64,000 bases of DNA from Candidatus Bathyarchaeota archaeon (GCA_963833575.1 CAWHXY010000007.1:631273-695272), one strand, 5' to 3'. Positions 10,060 through 20,982 are shown, counted from the stretch's first letter. The notes: a model not told the origin generated them from the sequence alone. Program-made: numbers and translations.

Positions 10060-10566
10060 GTGAACGCTATGAAGTCCGAATGCCGCGGTTGCAAAAAAAC
10101 TTTCTCTGGTTCAGGCTTAACCGTAAACATAAACGGTAATGAACAGATGTATTGTGCAGATTGTTATTGGAAACTTCAAGCAGAATATAATAAGAAAAAA
10201 ACATGTGAAGACTGCGGCTACTTTGATGAAGAATCCTGCGAGAAGAACAAAAAAACTTTGAAACCAGCAAAAATTGGATTCAACTCATATTTTGTTGAAG
10301 CAGAAAACTGTAGAGACTTTACAACAGAGAAAAAAGGAAGCCATAAACAGAAAGAAAAAGAATTAAGCCAAACGCAAAAAGAGACAGCTGCTCTGGTCAA
10401 AAAACTTTCGGAGAAAGGACAAACGTTAACATACTATTGTTGCCACTGCGGAGCACCTATAAAAATTGGGTCAAAGGCACCTGAAATTCAAGACACTTGC
10501 GTTAGATGTAAAGGCGACCTTGAAATCGTAAACCTTGCAAAATTCATCAAACAACATCAGTCATAA
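10060..10566 (+). CDS. Multi zinc-ribbon (CxxC-rich) protein
   Basis: Five CxxC pairs in 168 aa. Confidence 0.7.
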   Translation: MNAMKSECRGCKKTFSGSGLTVNINGNEQMYCADCYWKLQAEYNKKKTCEDCGYFDEESCEKNKKTLKPAKIGFNSYFVEAENCRDFTTEKKGSHKQKEKELSQTQKETAALVKKLSEKGQTLTYYCCHCGAPIKIGSKAPEIQDTCVRCKGDLEIVNLAKFIKQHQS

Positions 10567-11075
10567 TTTAGGCTTGCCAGTAGGCGGGTTATTGTCAACA
10601 CACCAGCCCAAATCAATGCCACAATAAACAGAAGGTTCCTGAAAGTCAGCGAACAACTTTCGTGTAGAGCACCACCTTTCACACCTAATGACCCTGTTTT
10701 TGCAGTACAAATCCACGAACTAACAGCGTGCGATTAAAAATTCTCGCAACTAAATTCTAATAGGAGCGCTAACCCTAAGCTCTAACCCAGTCTTAATTGA
10801 TGTCAAATTATCTCCGTTATGGTATTACTTACGATAACCTATACAAAACATATAGAAATTTTAGCATACGACTCAATATTTCAAATTCATAAGAAACTTA
10901 TGAACTATTGGCTTAAGCATCGAATCGAAGCTTACTACAGCGCGCTGCCTTGTCCCGATATTATGTTTTGAAGTATGTCGGTGATACGCTAAGTAAAAAA
11001 GATGTGTAACCTAACTCATTTAAATCTCAAAGTAGTCAATTGTGGTTAGATGCCAAGAAGTAGAGTGATTATTCG

Positions 11076-11534
11076 ATGAAAAAAATTATCACTGCAGTTA
11101 TTTTAGTCATTTTGGCCTTAACGATTGCAACAAGCATTTACATTTGGGGATCCGCGAACATTCTACCTCATCCTGTAGCTACTCCAGCGCCAGGTGGGTA
11201 TACGCTGATAAATGGAAATATTACCGTTAGCTATGAATATTTTATCCAATTTACTGTTCCCTCGGGTGCTTTTGACGTAAACGTATCAGGTAATTTCTCG
11301 GTTATCGGTGAAGGCACAATTAGAGTTATTGTTGTCAATTCAACCGATTTTGTAAGCGGATTTGGATTGCCTACCAATTACGACAGCGAACAGCAAAGTG
11401 CTGGATACATTAATGTAACGCTTGCTCCAGGTGCAACCTATTATCTTGTTTACGCTAATATTGTTCAATGGGGTTATTCTCAACCGGCCAAAATTGTGGA
11501 TACAGATGTTGACTTTAGCTTTTGGCAAACTTGA
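11076..11534 (+). CDS. Membrane-anchored or secreted beta-sandwich hypothetical protein
   Basis: N-terminal hydrophobic helix, beta-rich body, G.YYLVY.N. Confidence 0.7.
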   Translation: MKKIITAVILVILALTIATSIYIWGSANILPHPVATPAPGGYTLINGNITVSYEYFIQFTVPSGAFDVNVSGNFSVIGEGTIRVIVVNSTDFVSGFGLPTNYDSEQQSAGYINVTLAPGATYYLVYANIVQWGYSQPAKIVDTDVDFSFWQT

Positions 11535-11742
11535 TAAATCGCTTGTTTGACCTTCACACGTTCCTTGGCACGCTTTCTGCACAATGGATTAAAATGAGGA
11601 AAGAAACCACAAAAATTACTATGTCCAAAGGCTAAATTAGTTAATGCTAATTAGTCACCTTATGAATTACACTTTTTCTCGTCTAAACCTGAGCTGGATT
11701 TGGTGCGCAATATTTATGTGTCTAACTTAACCTAGTTTCTTA

Positions 11743-12950
11743 GTGAATTTTTTGGAAAACGAAAATCAAAAGACCAGCAGTGTTTCTGTCAGTAAGTCTG
11801 CTTTGACCGTATTGTTCATGGTTGTTTTTCTCGATAACTTGGGCTTTGCCATTGTAGTACCCTACTTGTACTTTTACGTGGTTTCTTTAGGAGGTTCAGC
11901 TTTCTTGTATGGGGTGCTTCTGGCTTCGTACAGTGTTATGTCTTTTGTTTTCACACCGATTGTTGCAAGGTTCAGTGACCGTTTCGGAAGAAGAAAAATT
12001 CTCCTCATTGCGCTGGCTGTGTCAAGTTTTAGTTATTTCCTCTTCGGCTCAGCACAGGCGATTTGGCTTCTATTCTCAGGCAGGATGATCTCGGGAACTA
12101 CAGCTGCTACTGTTCCAGTTGCTCAGGCTTACGTGGCAGATGTTACCACACCTGACCAGAGACTTAGGTATCTGGGTTTGCTAGGCGCCGCTGCAGGCAT
12201 TGCATTCATTTTAGGTCCCGCTATTGGGGGAACACTCAGTAACCTGTTTGGCTACGGTGTACCATCTTTTCTGGCTTCAGCGTTGGCTTTTACAAATTTA
12301 GTTTTAGCCTATTTCAGGTTGCCTGAACCGTCAAGTTTTAACATAAAAAGAACCGTGCTGCCTTTGAAGGCATTACTGGCTGTTCTTCGGAAACGAAAAA
12401 TAGTGTTACTTTTAGGTATTTACTTTCTGTTTTTTGCAGCCTTTGTTTTTCTTCAAGCGGCTCTTTCGCCTTGGCTGAAGGTGGTTTTTGGTTTTGGCGC
12501 ATTCCAAACGGGATTGGTTTTCTTTTTTGTAGGGGGCGTCAGTGTGTTTACGCAAGCTGTTTTATTGCCGATTCTAAACAAAAAAGTAAGTCGTCTAACT
12601 CTGACATTGCTTAGCATTGGAGTTTTGTCTTTTGGGCTTGTGGCTTTGGCTTTGGTTCAAAACTTGGAATTTCTTTTCTTAGTCGCTTCTTTGATTTCTT
12701 TTGGTTTTGGAGTGCAGATTGTTACACTCAATACATTGATTTCACTCAATACGCCTAAGAGGCTCAAGGCGGAAGTTTAGGGGTTGCTTGGGCAATTGCT
12801 GGGCTTGCTCAAACGATTTCACCTGTTTTTGCAGCGAGCTTCTTTTCTTTTGGCGTTGCATCGGGTTTTGATGGATTGGTGTTTATTGTTGCAGTAGCTA
12901 TCTCGGTTGCAACTGTGCCGTTGTTTTTAGTTCTTAAAAGAACTTCCTAA
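11743..12950 (+). pseudogene. TetA/DHA1-family MFS transporter with a 1-bp frameshift near 12758 (or a sequencing error)
   Basis: SDRFGRR, AYVADVT, GPAIGG. The missing final helices (EAQGGSLGV...QTISPVFA) continue in another frame to TAA at 12950. Confidence 0.8.
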
Positions 12951-13006
12951 TCAGAGACTGCACCAATTATGTCAGATGCGCTTAGATTAAACTAAAATCC
13001 TGAATA

Positions 13007-13945
13007 CTACAGCAAAACAGTTTCTTTGCTTTCAATTAGCTGCTTTACTGTAACTAGCTTGATTTCAATTTTGTTCATTCTTGCTCTACTAGCGGCAGTC
13101 TGTGCTTCAGTATCAAAACCAAAAGCTACGACAATGCCGTTTCGAGCTCTTATTTGAATAATGGCATTCATGAAATTTTGCACTTGTAACTTGCTTATGT
13201 TGTCTGACTGCTTAATCATGATGGGCTCGTTAGAGCCTGTAAATCCGTCAATACCTTTTCTAGAATCTAAAGCCGAACTTGCATGTCCTCCAAGCCTTTT
13301 CAATATCCAATTTTGGTATTCAGTGGATGTGAAACGTCTTACTTTTTGCTCTGAAAATCTCATCTTCTTAAACATCATGAATCCAGTAACTGAAAGTACT
13401 GCAATTAGTGCGATGCTTATTATTGCAATTATGATGGTTGAATTATTGGCTCCTCCGGTTGAGTTGCTACTTCCTGGTGCGGTTCCATTTGGATTTGTAG
13501 TTTGTGTTCCACTTTCTGTCGGGCCCGTTATGAATTCCGGAGCAAACGACATTAAACAGCTGTAGTAAGGCTGAAAAGGTATATCATCAAAGGTGATTGT
13601 TATTGTGGTTGTTCCTTGAGCAGGGATAGTGGTTCTGCTAGATGAGAGTTTTTCAGTGAAGGTATCGTTGGTAGTTACTGTTGCTGTGGCAATGCCATAA
13701 ATGTCCTCATACTCGTTGTTTTTAAAAGTTCCAGTAACGATTGTAGTATTAGTTCCACCGGTTTGGACGCTTACAAGAGTTACAGAAGGCGCTATTTGCG
13801 CGGAAGCAAGAAATTGATTAAATGTGCTGGATCTCTGACTAGCGTTAATCTCCCATGGACTTTGCATATTTGTTGATGCGCAGTTTAAGGTTAAAAGAAC
13901 AATGACCGAAATTAACAAAAAAATTACAGCTTTGATTTTCTTCAA
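13007..13945 (-). CDS. Membrane protein with extracellular Ig-like domain, TM helix and C-terminal Mrr-like restriction-endonuclease-fold domain
   Basis: Signal peptide, TM helix near aa 170-192, then EYQNWI...GIDG...IMIKQS...GIVVAFGF...IKLV. Confidence 0.7.
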   Translation of the reverse strand: MKKIKAVIFLLISVIVLLTLNCASTNMQSPWEINASQRSSTFNQFLASAQIAPSVTLVSVQTGGTNTTIVTGTFKNNEYEDIYGIATATVTTNDTFTEKLSSSRTTIPAQGTTTITITFDDIPFQPYYSCLMSFAPEFITGPTESGTQTTNPNGTAPGSSNSTGGANNSTIIIAIISIALIAVLSVTGFMMFKKMRFSEQKVRRFTSTEYQNWILKRLGGHASSALDSRKGIDGFTGSNEPIMIKQSDNISKLQVQNFMNAIIQIRARNGIVVAFGFDTEAQTAASRARMNKIEIKLVTVKQLIESKETVLL

Positions 13946-14421
13946 TTTTTTTTACGACCTATAGTTTTCTTATTAACGGACAAACAATTTTTGGCTGGTT
14001 CTTCAAACTGAAGCGCACCTGAAACTTCAAGGGCTAACTACCACCGTTCTCTATGATTCTCTTTGTTATTAAAAACTTTGTACAAAACATTGAGAGAAAA
14101 ATTTAGCCCAGCTAGACTTGGGTTCTTCTTGCCCCAAAATTCTTGAACTATGATAAGAACAAATAACGAGTTTCTTTGAGAGTTAACAGTTTTGTTATTT
14201 AAGATTGTTACCTTTGTCCTCTTCAGTTGTTTCCATTGATATTTTTCAGATGTGGAATTCTTCCAAAATCAAATACAGTTTTTATGTTGAAGTCTATTGA
14301 TTGAAAATTCATGTATTAACATAATCTTGGAACTGAATAAAGAATCTATTGCTCTTTATTTTGAATTCATAATATCTTTATAACAAATTCATTAAAAGCT
14401 TGTCGATCTGAGAAAATACTA

Positions 14422-17046
14422 ATGCAAAGCAGAAATCAAACTCAGCAAATTACTATTGGTTTAACAGATGTAACTCCTTCTGGTAAAGCTTCTCTTATTC
14501 ATATTTTACACGTTGACGATGACGTTTCTATTCTGGAGATTACAAAACAGATTTTAATTGACATAGGTAATTTCGAAATTGACCATTCATGTTGTGTTGA
14601 TGACGCACAAAAGAAACTAAAAGCTCACAACTATGATGTTATTGTTTCTGATTATGATATGCCCCAAAAAAACGGGCTGGAATTCTTGAAAGAGCTAAGG
14701 GATGCAAAGAATGAAATTCCTTTTATCTTATTTACTGGAAAAGGAAGAGAAGAAGTAGCAATAAAAGCTCTAAACCTTGGTTCAGATGCTTATATAAACA
14801 AAGCAGGTGACCCGGAAACGGTTTACTGCGAGTTGTCACATGCTCTTCATAGAACTATAGAACGCAAGCGATCAAAGAAATTACTAGCTGATTCTGAACA
14901 AAAATACCGCAGGCTTATAGAAGATATGTCTCAAGGAGTAATTATTGTTGAAGGACCTAAGCCCCGTATCGTATTTGCAAACTCTGCAATGGAAAGAATG
15001 ACAGGGTTTTCTAGTCAAGAACTATTCTTTTTTTCACCAACAGAAATTGCAGGATTAATCCATCCTGATGATAGAGCGGATTTCGTAAATCGGTTGGACC
15101 AGCGATTAGCAGGAGAAAAACAAGAATCAGCCTATGAATTTAAAGGAATAAGAAAAGATGGCTCAATGACTTGGCAGGAAGTTTGCAGTAGCCTCATTGA
15201 ATACAATGGTCAGCGAGTTGTACAAGGCGTCTTTCTAGATATTACTCAGCGCAAAAACGCCGAAATGAAACTGATTGACAGCGAAGCAAAATATCGCAGC
15301 ATCTTTGATAACGCCGAAGCAGGAATGTTTAGGACGAAGTTAGATGGATCGGCGATTCTTGATTGCAACGAGAAGTTTCTCAAGATTTTTAATCGTACTC
15401 GAGATGAAGTGCAAGGTAACCCCTCAATAATGCATTGGGCAGACCCTTTTCAGCGGCAAGAAATGCTTCGTTTGCTTCAAAATAATGGTTTTGTAAGCGG
15501 TTTTGAGTGTAAGTTGTTAAACAAGCAGGGTGAGGTTAGAACTTGCATCGGATCGATTAAGGTTTGTCCGGAACAGGAAATTTTGGAAGGATCAGTAATA
15601 GATATCACTGACCGAAAAAGGGCTGAAGAAGACTTGAAGGAAAGTGAGGAACGTTATCATAGCTTATCTTCAGCAACGTTTGAAGGAATCGGAATTAGTA
15701 GAGAAGGCAAAATCTTAGATGCCAATAATCAATTTGCGAAGATGCTCGGATATGAGGCGAATGAAATTATAGGCGCAAACGTCTCCGACATTGTTGCTCC
15801 AGAATCGCTAGATCTTGTGGTAGCAAATATCAAGAAAGCGTTTGAAGGCCCTTACGAGCATTTAGCGAAGAGGCAGGATGGTTCAATCTTTCCAGTTGAA
15901 GTAAGAGCCACGGTCATTAACTACAAAGGGCATTCGGCGAGAGTAAGCGCAATCCGCGATATAACGGATAGAAAAGAAGCTGGAAAAGAACTCGAAAACA
16001 ACAAGATATACTTTGAAACACAGCTAAATTCAGTTCTTTCAGGAATTATTGTTGTGGACAGTGAAAGCCACGAAATAATAGATGCAAACCCCGCAGCATT
16101 AAGGTTAATCGGTGCAGTCAAAGAAGAAGTTGTCGGTAAGGTTTGCCACAAATTCATTTGCCCGGCTGAAATTGGTAAGTGCCCAATAACGGACTTAGGA
16201 CAAACTATTGACAAAGCAGAAAGAGTAATAATTACCGTGGATGGCCGACGCCCAGTAATTAAAAGCGTTGTAAAAACAAAACACAATGGAAAAACTTTGC
16301 TTGTAGAAAACTTTGTTGACATATCAACTTTAAAGAAAATTGAAGAGAACTTAAAACAAAATCAGAAACGCCTAGAAATGATGAATGAAAAACTCAGGTT
16401 TGTCGGCGAGTTAACTAGACATGATGTTCGAAATAAACTCAGCGCAATAACCGCATACTCATATATAATAAGGAAAAAACATGCAGACCAAGCAGATATA
16501 GCCATTGACCTTGACAAGATGGGTCAATCAATTAAGCAGATTGAGCGAATCTTTGACTTTGCCAAGGTCTACGAACATTTAGGTGTCGAAAAACTAGAAT
16601 TTGTAAACGTGGGAAGCATACTGGATGACGCTAAAGCTCTTTTTTCCGGTTCGCTTCCAATAATTGTTAACGATTGTTATTCTCTTAACGTTGCTGCAGA
16701 TTCTTTTCTGCGACAAATGTTCTACAATTTCATTGACAACACGCTTAAACATGGAAAAAACGCAACAACAATAAAAGTGCATTTTCAAGAGATTGATAAC
16801 CAACTGAAATTGTTCTACGAAGATGACGGCCCTGGAATATCCGTTAATAATAAAACAAAGCTCTTCAAGGAGGGCTTTAGCACCGGAGGCAGCACAGGAT
16901 TTGGCTTGTTCTTATCAAAGAAAATGATTGAAGTTTATGGGTGGGAAATTGAAGAAAGTGGCGAACCAGGCAAAGGTGTTAAATTCGTAATAACCATTCC
17001 AAAGATGAAAAACAACGGCGAAGTAAATTACAAAATTCAATATTGA
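14422..17046 (+). CDS. Hybrid sensor histidine kinase (REC-PAS x4-HisKA-HATPase)
   Basis: ILHVDDD/SDYDMP receiver domain, PAS/PAC DITxRK repeats, RHDVRNKL, YEDDGPGI, GTGFGL-like box. Confidence 0.92.
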   Translation: MQSRNQTQQITIGLTDVTPSGKASLIHILHVDDDVSILEITKQILIDIGNFEIDHSCCVDDAQKKLKAHNYDVIVSDYDMPQKNGLEFLKELRDAKNEIPFILFTGKGREEVAIKALNLGSDAYINKAGDPETVYCELSHALHRTIERKRSKKLLADSEQKYRRLIEDMSQGVIIVEGPKPRIVFANSAMERMTGFSSQELFFFSPTEIAGLIHPDDRADFVNRLDQRLAGEKQESAYEFKGIRKDGSMTWQEVCSSLIEYNGQRVVQGVFLDITQRKNAEMKLIDSEAKYRSIFDNAEAGMFRTKLDGSAILDCNEKFLKIFNRTRDEVQGNPSIMHWADPFQRQEMLRLLQNNGFVSGFECKLLNKQGEVRTCIGSIKVCPEQEILEGSVIDITDRKRAEEDLKESEERYHSLSSATFEGIGISREGKILDANNQFAKMLGYEANEIIGANVSDIVAPESLDLVVANIKKAFEGPYEHLAKRQDGSIFPVEVRATVINYKGHSARVSAIRDITDRKEAGKELENNKIYFETQLNSVLSGIIVVDSESHEIIDANPAALRLIGAVKEEVVGKVCHKFICPAEIGKCPITDLGQTIDKAERVIITVDGRRPVIKSVVKTKHNGKTLLVENFVDISTLKKIEENLKQNQKRLEMMNEKLRFVGELTRHDVRNKLSAITAYSYIIRKKHADQADIAIDLDKMGQSIKQIERIFDFAKVYEHLGVEKLEFVNVGSILDDAKALFSGSLPIIVNDCYSLNVAADSFLRQMFYNFIDNTLKHGKNATTIKVHFQEIDNQLKLFYEDDGPGISVNNKTKLFKEGFSTGGSTGFGLFLSKKMIEVYGWEIEESGEPGKGVKFVITIPKMKNNGEVNYKIQY

Positions 17047-17129
17047 TCTAATTTATTGTCTTTGAAAAGTCGCTGTTTTTTTAATTTAGTTTTTTAAAAG
17101 TATTTTCTTCGATTATAAAATTACGGCCA

Positions 17130-17972
17130 TTAAGTTTGACATTTAGGGCAAACGAATACTTTGCCTTCTCCAAGACTCAACTCTTGTATAGGCGAGTCGC
17201 AAACTGGACAGTTCTTCTTTCTCAGGTTCGGACCCATTTTTGTTACATATTGGCCTTTATTCTGATATAAGTCTAAGAACTGAGTTTTCCCGTTCAACCT
17301 AAGTCTTTCTCGAATTACAAGATTGACCGAGTCGAAAAGGGCTTTCCTCTCATTCAAATTCAAATCAGATGCCTTCCTATTTGGGTGAAGTTTCGCCCTG
17401 TATATTATATCTTGAAAAGCGCTGTTGCTCAGCCCTACCAAGACGGCGTCTTTCCCAACGAGCTCAGGTTTGAGCGCCCGGTTATTTTCTGATAGAAGCC
17501 TTGAAAAACGCTCGAAAGTGAAGTTCTCGTCAATAGGTGAGAAAACAGCATTGTTAAAATCTCGTTTGAAAACGTAAGAATCCATTAGTTCAGCATCCTT
17601 CAGCACCCTCATACCGCCCATATTGGTAAATCTAACCGTCAACGCGGTTTCGTCAGAAAAATCTATCTTTAAGTGAAACTTCTCTGGAACAGTCACTTCA
17701 GACAAGTGATAAAAAATCTCGCCGCCGTATTCCGGGTTAAGAATCATATTCATCCTCTCATCAAGCTTCACAAGTATAGAGTTGCCCCTTGAAATGACAG
17801 ATTCAACTTCTCTATTCACAATCTGATCAAAAGATTTGTTATCTCTGTTAATGAACCCAATTTTCTGCAATTTTTCGCAATCACGCAATCGATAACCCTT
17901 GATGCGTTTGCCCTTCAACTCTTTGTTCATCTGATCCGCAAGAATCTTTGCTTCCGGAAGCTCAATACTCAT
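17130..17972 (-). CDS. Fpg/Nei-family DNA glycosylase-like protein (H2TH plus zinc finger)
   Basis: ELPE, H2TH region (GL...DIIYRAKLHP), C-terminal CPVC...CPKCQ. Confidence 0.85.
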   Translation of the reverse strand: MSIELPEAKILADQMNKELKGKRIKGYRLRDCEKLQKIGFINRDNKSFDQIVNREVESVISRGNSILVKLDERMNMILNPEYGGEIFYHLSEVTVPEKFHLKIDFSDETALTVRFTNMGGMRVLKDAELMDSYVFKRDFNNAVFSPIDENFTFERFSRLLSENNRALKPELVGKDAVLVGLSNSAFQDIIYRAKLHPNRKASDLNLNERKALFDSVNLVIRERLRLNGKTQFLDLYQNKGQYVTKMGPNLRKKNCPVCDSPIQELSLGEGKVFVCPKCQT

Positions 17973-18145
17973 CTAAACCCTCCTAAGCACAAGTTCTTGT
18001 AACCAACCCACTGTTTAAAACATTTATGCATTGAACGACAAGCCTAAGCTCCACAAAAAATTTTCTAAAGGAATACTATTCTCTGCTCCATTTGCTTATC
18101 CGCTAGTAATTAGAAAATTAGAAACGAAATAATATCGATGAAATT

Positions 18146-18271
18146 CTATCTGGATTTTTGTCTTTCCAGTCTGGCGGACTTCTTATCCTTGCGTTTAGCA
18201 TCTCTATCTTTCTTCTTCTGAGGCTGAGGTTTTCCTCGATCTTGTTCTCCAGTTTCTCCTCTTTTTGACAT
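18146..18271 (-). CDS. Small basic hydrophilic protein, 41 aa (MSKRGETGEQDRGKPQPQKKKDRDAKRKDKKSARLERQKSR)
   Basis: Below the ORF-track cutoff; AGGAG ribosome-binding site about 8 nt upstream of the ATG. Confidence 0.55.
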   Translation of the reverse strand: MSKRGETGEQDRGKPQPQKKKDRDAKRKDKKSARLERQKSR

Positions 18272-18380
18272 TTAAGTTCTCCTTCTTACAAAAGAAATGA
18301 GCTAGTCTCATTCTTGAACCTATCTTTCTTTCTTGCTATGCTTTGTGATTTTATTATTTTTAACCTCAAGAAATCTACCG

Positions 18381-19031
18381 TTACAAGTTTTGAAGGTATT
18401 TGATTAGCCGTTGCAAGTCTCCGGTTTTTTTCATCTGCTCTTTTTGAAGCATTTCTATTATGTTAAATTTGATGTAGAGTCCGCCAGGAGGATACAGCTG
18501 ACGGGCGACTATGGTAAAGACTTTACAGTTTTCTTTTCCTATGACTTCTTCTTTAAATCGCCATTTATAGGGCGTTTTTGGTGGGAGTAACGTTTCAGAA
18601 AGAACGATAACTGCAAAATTCCTCACATTTGCAGTTGCTTCAAGCTCATTAAATTTAGCTCGCAACACCTTATTTTGGTCTTCTCGCTTTCCGTTTTCCA
18701 AAGTCCTTCCGCTGACAGCATTGTTCTTAATCTCTATGACCATCTTCACATTGTTAGACGGGTAGGTTTTTTGGTTTGGGTCTACACCATTCTTTAAGAG
18801 AAGCAGATCATTTTTGATTTTAGATCCTTGGATTGTGACGTTTGGAATCGTTGAAAGATTAAGATTTCTTTTCATTAAGTGATTTCGGATGACTATTTCC
18901 GTTGAATTTCCAGATTTCTCGCGAGCTGTTTTATCGTTTTTTTGTTTCTGAAATTCTTCGCTAACCTCAATTAGCATTGTGTATTCTTCATCGCAAGCAG
19001 TTAGTATTGGTTTTTTGGAATAATTTGGCAT
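18381..19031 (-). CDS. Hypothetical PD-(D/E)xK nuclease-like protein
   Basis: G..TE helix, KNDLLL strand and VIEIKNN (E..D..ExK pattern). Confidence 0.55.
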   Translation of the reverse strand: MPNYSKKPILTACDEEYTMLIEVSEEFQKQKNDKTAREKSGNSTEIVIRNHLMKRNLNLSTIPNVTIQGSKIKNDLLLLKNGVDPNQKTYPSNNVKMVIEIKNNAVSGRTLENGKREDQNKVLRAKFNELEATANVRNFAVIVLSETLLPPKTPYKWRFKEEVIGKENCKVFTIVARQLYPPGGLYIKFNIIEMLQKEQMKKTGDLQRLIKYLQNL

Positions 19032-19296
19032 GAATAAAATATCACAATTATAAATTAAAAAAACTAACGTAATTCTCTTTGCAAACTCCGCAACAAAAAC
19101 CTTGGGCAGTTTGTCTTTCAGCTTTCTCCTTTGATAAGAGACCTATTTTATTCTTATTAAATGAAAATTCCAGATGATCTAAATGCCGCGGACGTGGCGC
19201 AGTAAACCTTTTTTCATTTTTTGTCGACTATTTTCCATTGGGCTTTTTCAAATGGTTTTTATGTGAGACTGTCCTAAATACGAGTGGTGTTTTGTA

Positions 19297-19578
19297 ATGG
19301 TTGAAGATTTTGAACAAGACGATTTCGACATGATTGACCCATCAGCCAAAAAAGTTCTTGTAGCACTTTCCCAATTTGAGAAAGGTCTCTTGGTGACGGT
19401 GGACCTCTTACACAAAAAAACAGGTTTAATGCCTGAAGCCCTAAACGACGCAGTGCGACACCTGACAAAATCCAAACTCATCGACGTACCTGAGCTGGCA
19501 AAAAAACATGGCCCCTACGATTTCAACACCGTCGAAATAACCGACTTCGGAAGGCAAGTGCTAGCGAAATTCGGATAA
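19297..19578 (+). CDS. Small winged-helix-like protein
   Basis: L.KKTGL..EAL..AV..L....LI and ITDFG wing motif. Confidence 0.6.
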   Translation: MVEDFEQDDFDMIDPSAKKVLVALSQFEKGLLVTVDLLHKKTGLMPEALNDAVRHLTKSKLIDVPELAKKHGPYDFNTVEITDFGRQVLAKFG

Positions 19579-19780
19579 AACATTACAACTAAGCCCTCAT
19601 CTTAACTAGCAACGATACTTTTCTTTTTTTAAGAATAAACAAAATATAGAGATAGTCCCTATACAGCGCGCGCTGTCTGGAATGTTTGGAGGTTATGGCG
19701 GCGTCATCTTAATTATTGCGCGAGCTGAATTCTAAGTCGATGTTTTTGTAGCTTATTTGCTAAAATAGCTGATAAAACAA

Positions 19781-19846
19781 GCCTGATTTGTCAAAAGGAG
19801 AAAAGCGCGGGATGTTAGGTTTACATTCACGTTTAAATTTCACTCG
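19781..19846. repeat. tRNA-Ser-3'-end-derived att-like site, degenerate
   Basis: gcgcgggatgttaggtttaca-ttcacg-tttaaatttcactcg, with flank ctgatttgtcaaaaggag similar to that of the 23.3 kb copy. Confidence 0.75.
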
Positions 19847-20034
19847 AAAAAGTTAGGAGTCCCCTTAACCTGAATTGGATCGCCACCATTTTTCAGTGAT
19901 AATAACTATTCTATGAAATAGCTCGACGTCTCGCGAGTGTAAATTGCCTGTAAAAGAAAATAGTTGGACTTAAACTCTTATCTATAGGTTCTTTGGAGTT
20001 ATTTAGATCCGTTTTACATGGATTGCGCGAAACG

Positions 20035-20847
20035 CTATATATCGGCTCTTTCCGTGATCTCGGCGCCTTCGAACACAAAAAGCTTGGGTTTGCCCCCTTC
20101 TATCTGCACGAAGGTATTATGGATAGGTGAGGTTGTAACCCATGAGCCGGTATTTGCGAGGTTCTCGTCCTTGTTCACGAAAGGTCTGTGAGTATGCCCA
20201 AAGATAAGAATTTCCTTTGGCTGAACTGTGGAACACGCCTTCTTTTCTACACCCTTCAGGTTTTCTATAAGCCTCTGCTCAGGACCTAGCTGCAGCATCT
20301 CAGCTAATCGGTGTTTTCTTGCCCGATCAATAACGTTGAAAAAGCGAGATAGGTCACTATCGTAACGACCAAGAGCAGCCCAAATGTTAGTATCGCGGTC
20401 GCCCTTCTGATCAGACATTGAGTGGCAGAGCGATTCCATAAAGTGCTCCCTCTGCATTTCGTCGAACTCCCAGCCGTGAACAAATCTGCAACTTATACCG
20501 TTTTGCTGAAGCGTAAGATCCTTAAGGAAGTCGATGGGGTATCCTCGGCTTTGTAGCTTGCGGACGTGGAAATCATGGTTTCCTGCGACGTAATAGACAC
20601 GCATCTTTTTTTGTAAACTGATAATCAGATCGAGAACGTCATGGTTCTCGAGGAAAATGCCTGATGAATCTCGTCTCCACATGTCAACGATGTCGCCGAG
20701 AAGCACCAGATCTGTAACACTAGGGTCGGATTGAAGTTTTTCGATAAAGCGGATAAATGCAGCTTTGTCAGAGGAATCGAATCCTAGATGTAAGTCCGAA
20801 ACAGCAATAATCGACAAATAGTATTCTCCCAAAATCCAATTAAACAA
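20035..20847 (-). CDS. Calcineurin-like metallophosphoesterase (LpxH-like)
   Basis: SDLHLG, LGDIVD, GNHD, HG, GHTH, NTGSW. The start is probably the TTG about 10 codons in. Confidence 0.9.
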   Translation of the reverse strand: MFNWILGEYYLSIIAVSDLHLGFDSSDKAAFIRFIEKLQSDPSVTDLVLLGDIVDMWRRDSSGIFLENHDVLDLIISLQKKMRVYYVAGNHDFHVRKLQSRGYPIDFLKDLTLQQNGISCRFVHGWEFDEMQREHFMESLCHSMSDQKGDRDTNIWAALGRYDSDLSRFFNVIDRARKHRLAEMLQLGPEQRLIENLKGVEKKACSTVQPKEILIFGHTHRPFVNKDENLANTGSWVTTSPIHNTFVQIEGGKPKLFVFEGAEITERADI

Positions 20848-20982
20848 TTATAATATAATAGCTTTCTTGTTTCATATTTTCTTAACTATCTCGCGGGTAA
20901 TTTAAACAATAGACCTGAGGCGGTAAGCCATAATTTCAGATGATAATTTGGAAATAATTATTAAAAATAAGTTCAGAAATAG

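Noticed and set aside
10561-10716. 51-aa Cys-containing minus-strand ORF (GTG start)
   Set aside because: No RBS or recognisable motif, so it is unsupported.
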